DNA of 64,000 nt from Pseudolabrys sp. (GTDB taxonomy: Bacteria > Pseudomonadota > Alphaproteobacteria > Rhizobiales > Xanthobacteraceae), in NCBI GenBank assembly GCA_051986235.1, contig JBPYDR010000076.1, forward strand, positions 924 to 64,923, given 5' to 3'. A program made the translations under genes and the position numbers. Below, one piece after another: positions 63,280 through 64,000 of this stretch. The notes beneath the pieces are model-generated. The model was not told where the DNA came from and ran no database searches. It was given only the letters and a program-made list of their open reading frames with translations. How positions within the stretch are numbered: position 1 is the stretch's first letter; every line of letters begins with the position of its first letter.

Positions 63280-64000
63280 ATGAGCCGGATCTCCCGCCGC
63301 GCGGCCATCCTGCTGGCGTTTGCGAGCGCACTCCTTGCCGCTTCGCCTGCGCAGACCGAACCTGTCGATCTGCTTCTGGTCCTGGCGGCCGATGTCTCGC
63401 GCAGCGTTGACAGCCAGAAATTTCAGCTCCAGCGCGAGGGATATGCCGCGGCGCTTGTGGATCCGCGCGTGATTGACGCGGTTCAGTCGGGCCGACGTGG
63501 CCGCATCGGTGTGCTGTTTCTGGAATGGTCAGGATTCGGCAACCAGAAGGTCGTGATCGACTGGACGGTTGTTGATGGCCCCAAGGCCGCCCAGGCTTTC
63601 GGCGACCGGCTGCTTGAATCGCCGCGTTCTTTCGCCGACCGCACGTCGATTAGCGGCGGGATCGACGCCGCAGTGGCCCAACTCGCACGCGCGCCGTTCG
63701 AAGCCCAGCGTCGTACCATCGACGTCTCGGGCGACGGGACCAACAATGCCGGTCGCGACGTCGGACTGGCGCGAGACGAAGCGTTGGCGTTGGGCATTAG
63801 CATCAACGGGCTGGTGATTCTCAGCGAAACCCCGCTGCCGTGGAACCCCGAGCACACCAATCCGCTCGGGGGGTTAACGAAATACTACCGGGACAATGTC
63901 ATCGGCGGGCCGGGGAGCTTCGTGCTCGAAGCGAAGGACTTCAATTCGTTCGGAGAGGCCATCGTTAAGAAGATGATCGCGGAGATCGCCGAGCTTCGCC
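63280..64000 (+). CDS. DUF1194 (vWA-like) protein, runs off the window end
   Basis: VDLLLVLAADVSRSVD...QREGYA, IDVSGDG.NN and INGL.I. Confidence 0.85.
   Translation, partial: MSRISRRAAILLAFASALLAASPAQTEPVDLLLVLAADVSRSVDSQKFQLQREGYAAALVDPRVIDAVQSGRRGRIGVLFLEWSGFGNQKVVIDWTVVDGPKAAQAFGDRLLESPRSFADRTSISGGIDAAVAQLARAPFEAQRRTIDVSGDGTNNAGRDVGLARDEALALGISINGLVILSETPLPWNPEHTNPLGGLTKYYRDNVIGGPGSFVLEAKDFNSFGEAIVKKMIAEIAELR

Overview
GC-rich alphaproteobacterial chromosome segment (Hyphomicrobiales; gene content resembles Xanthobacteraceae/Nitrobacteraceae, which is an inference). Core genes: rpoD, dnaG, carA, carB, greA, trxB with an LsrB/VtlR-type LysR, msrA, two phasins, an L,D-transpeptidase, tRNA-Ile2(CAT) and tRNA-His. 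Accessory blocks: a phnDCEE-type ABC transporter; a detached hopanoid side-chain module (hpnO, hpnG, FemAB/GNAT-like transferase, flavin halogenase-like gene); a general-stress-response cluster with several GGAAC-N16/17-(C/G)GTT promoters; pqqABCDE with a PQQ sugar dehydrogenase and di-heme cytochrome c; atuA-like genes. Features missing from the ORF track include pqqA, an AbcR-like sRNA, a candidate EcfG-driven C-rich sRNA plus membrane micropeptide, an MmgR-like sRNA, a ~260-nt structured element and REP-like palindromes. Several genes look broken, including a frameshifted PdhS-like kinase. No CRISPR array, integrase or transposase was seen. All family calls come from motif recognition by eye, not database searches.
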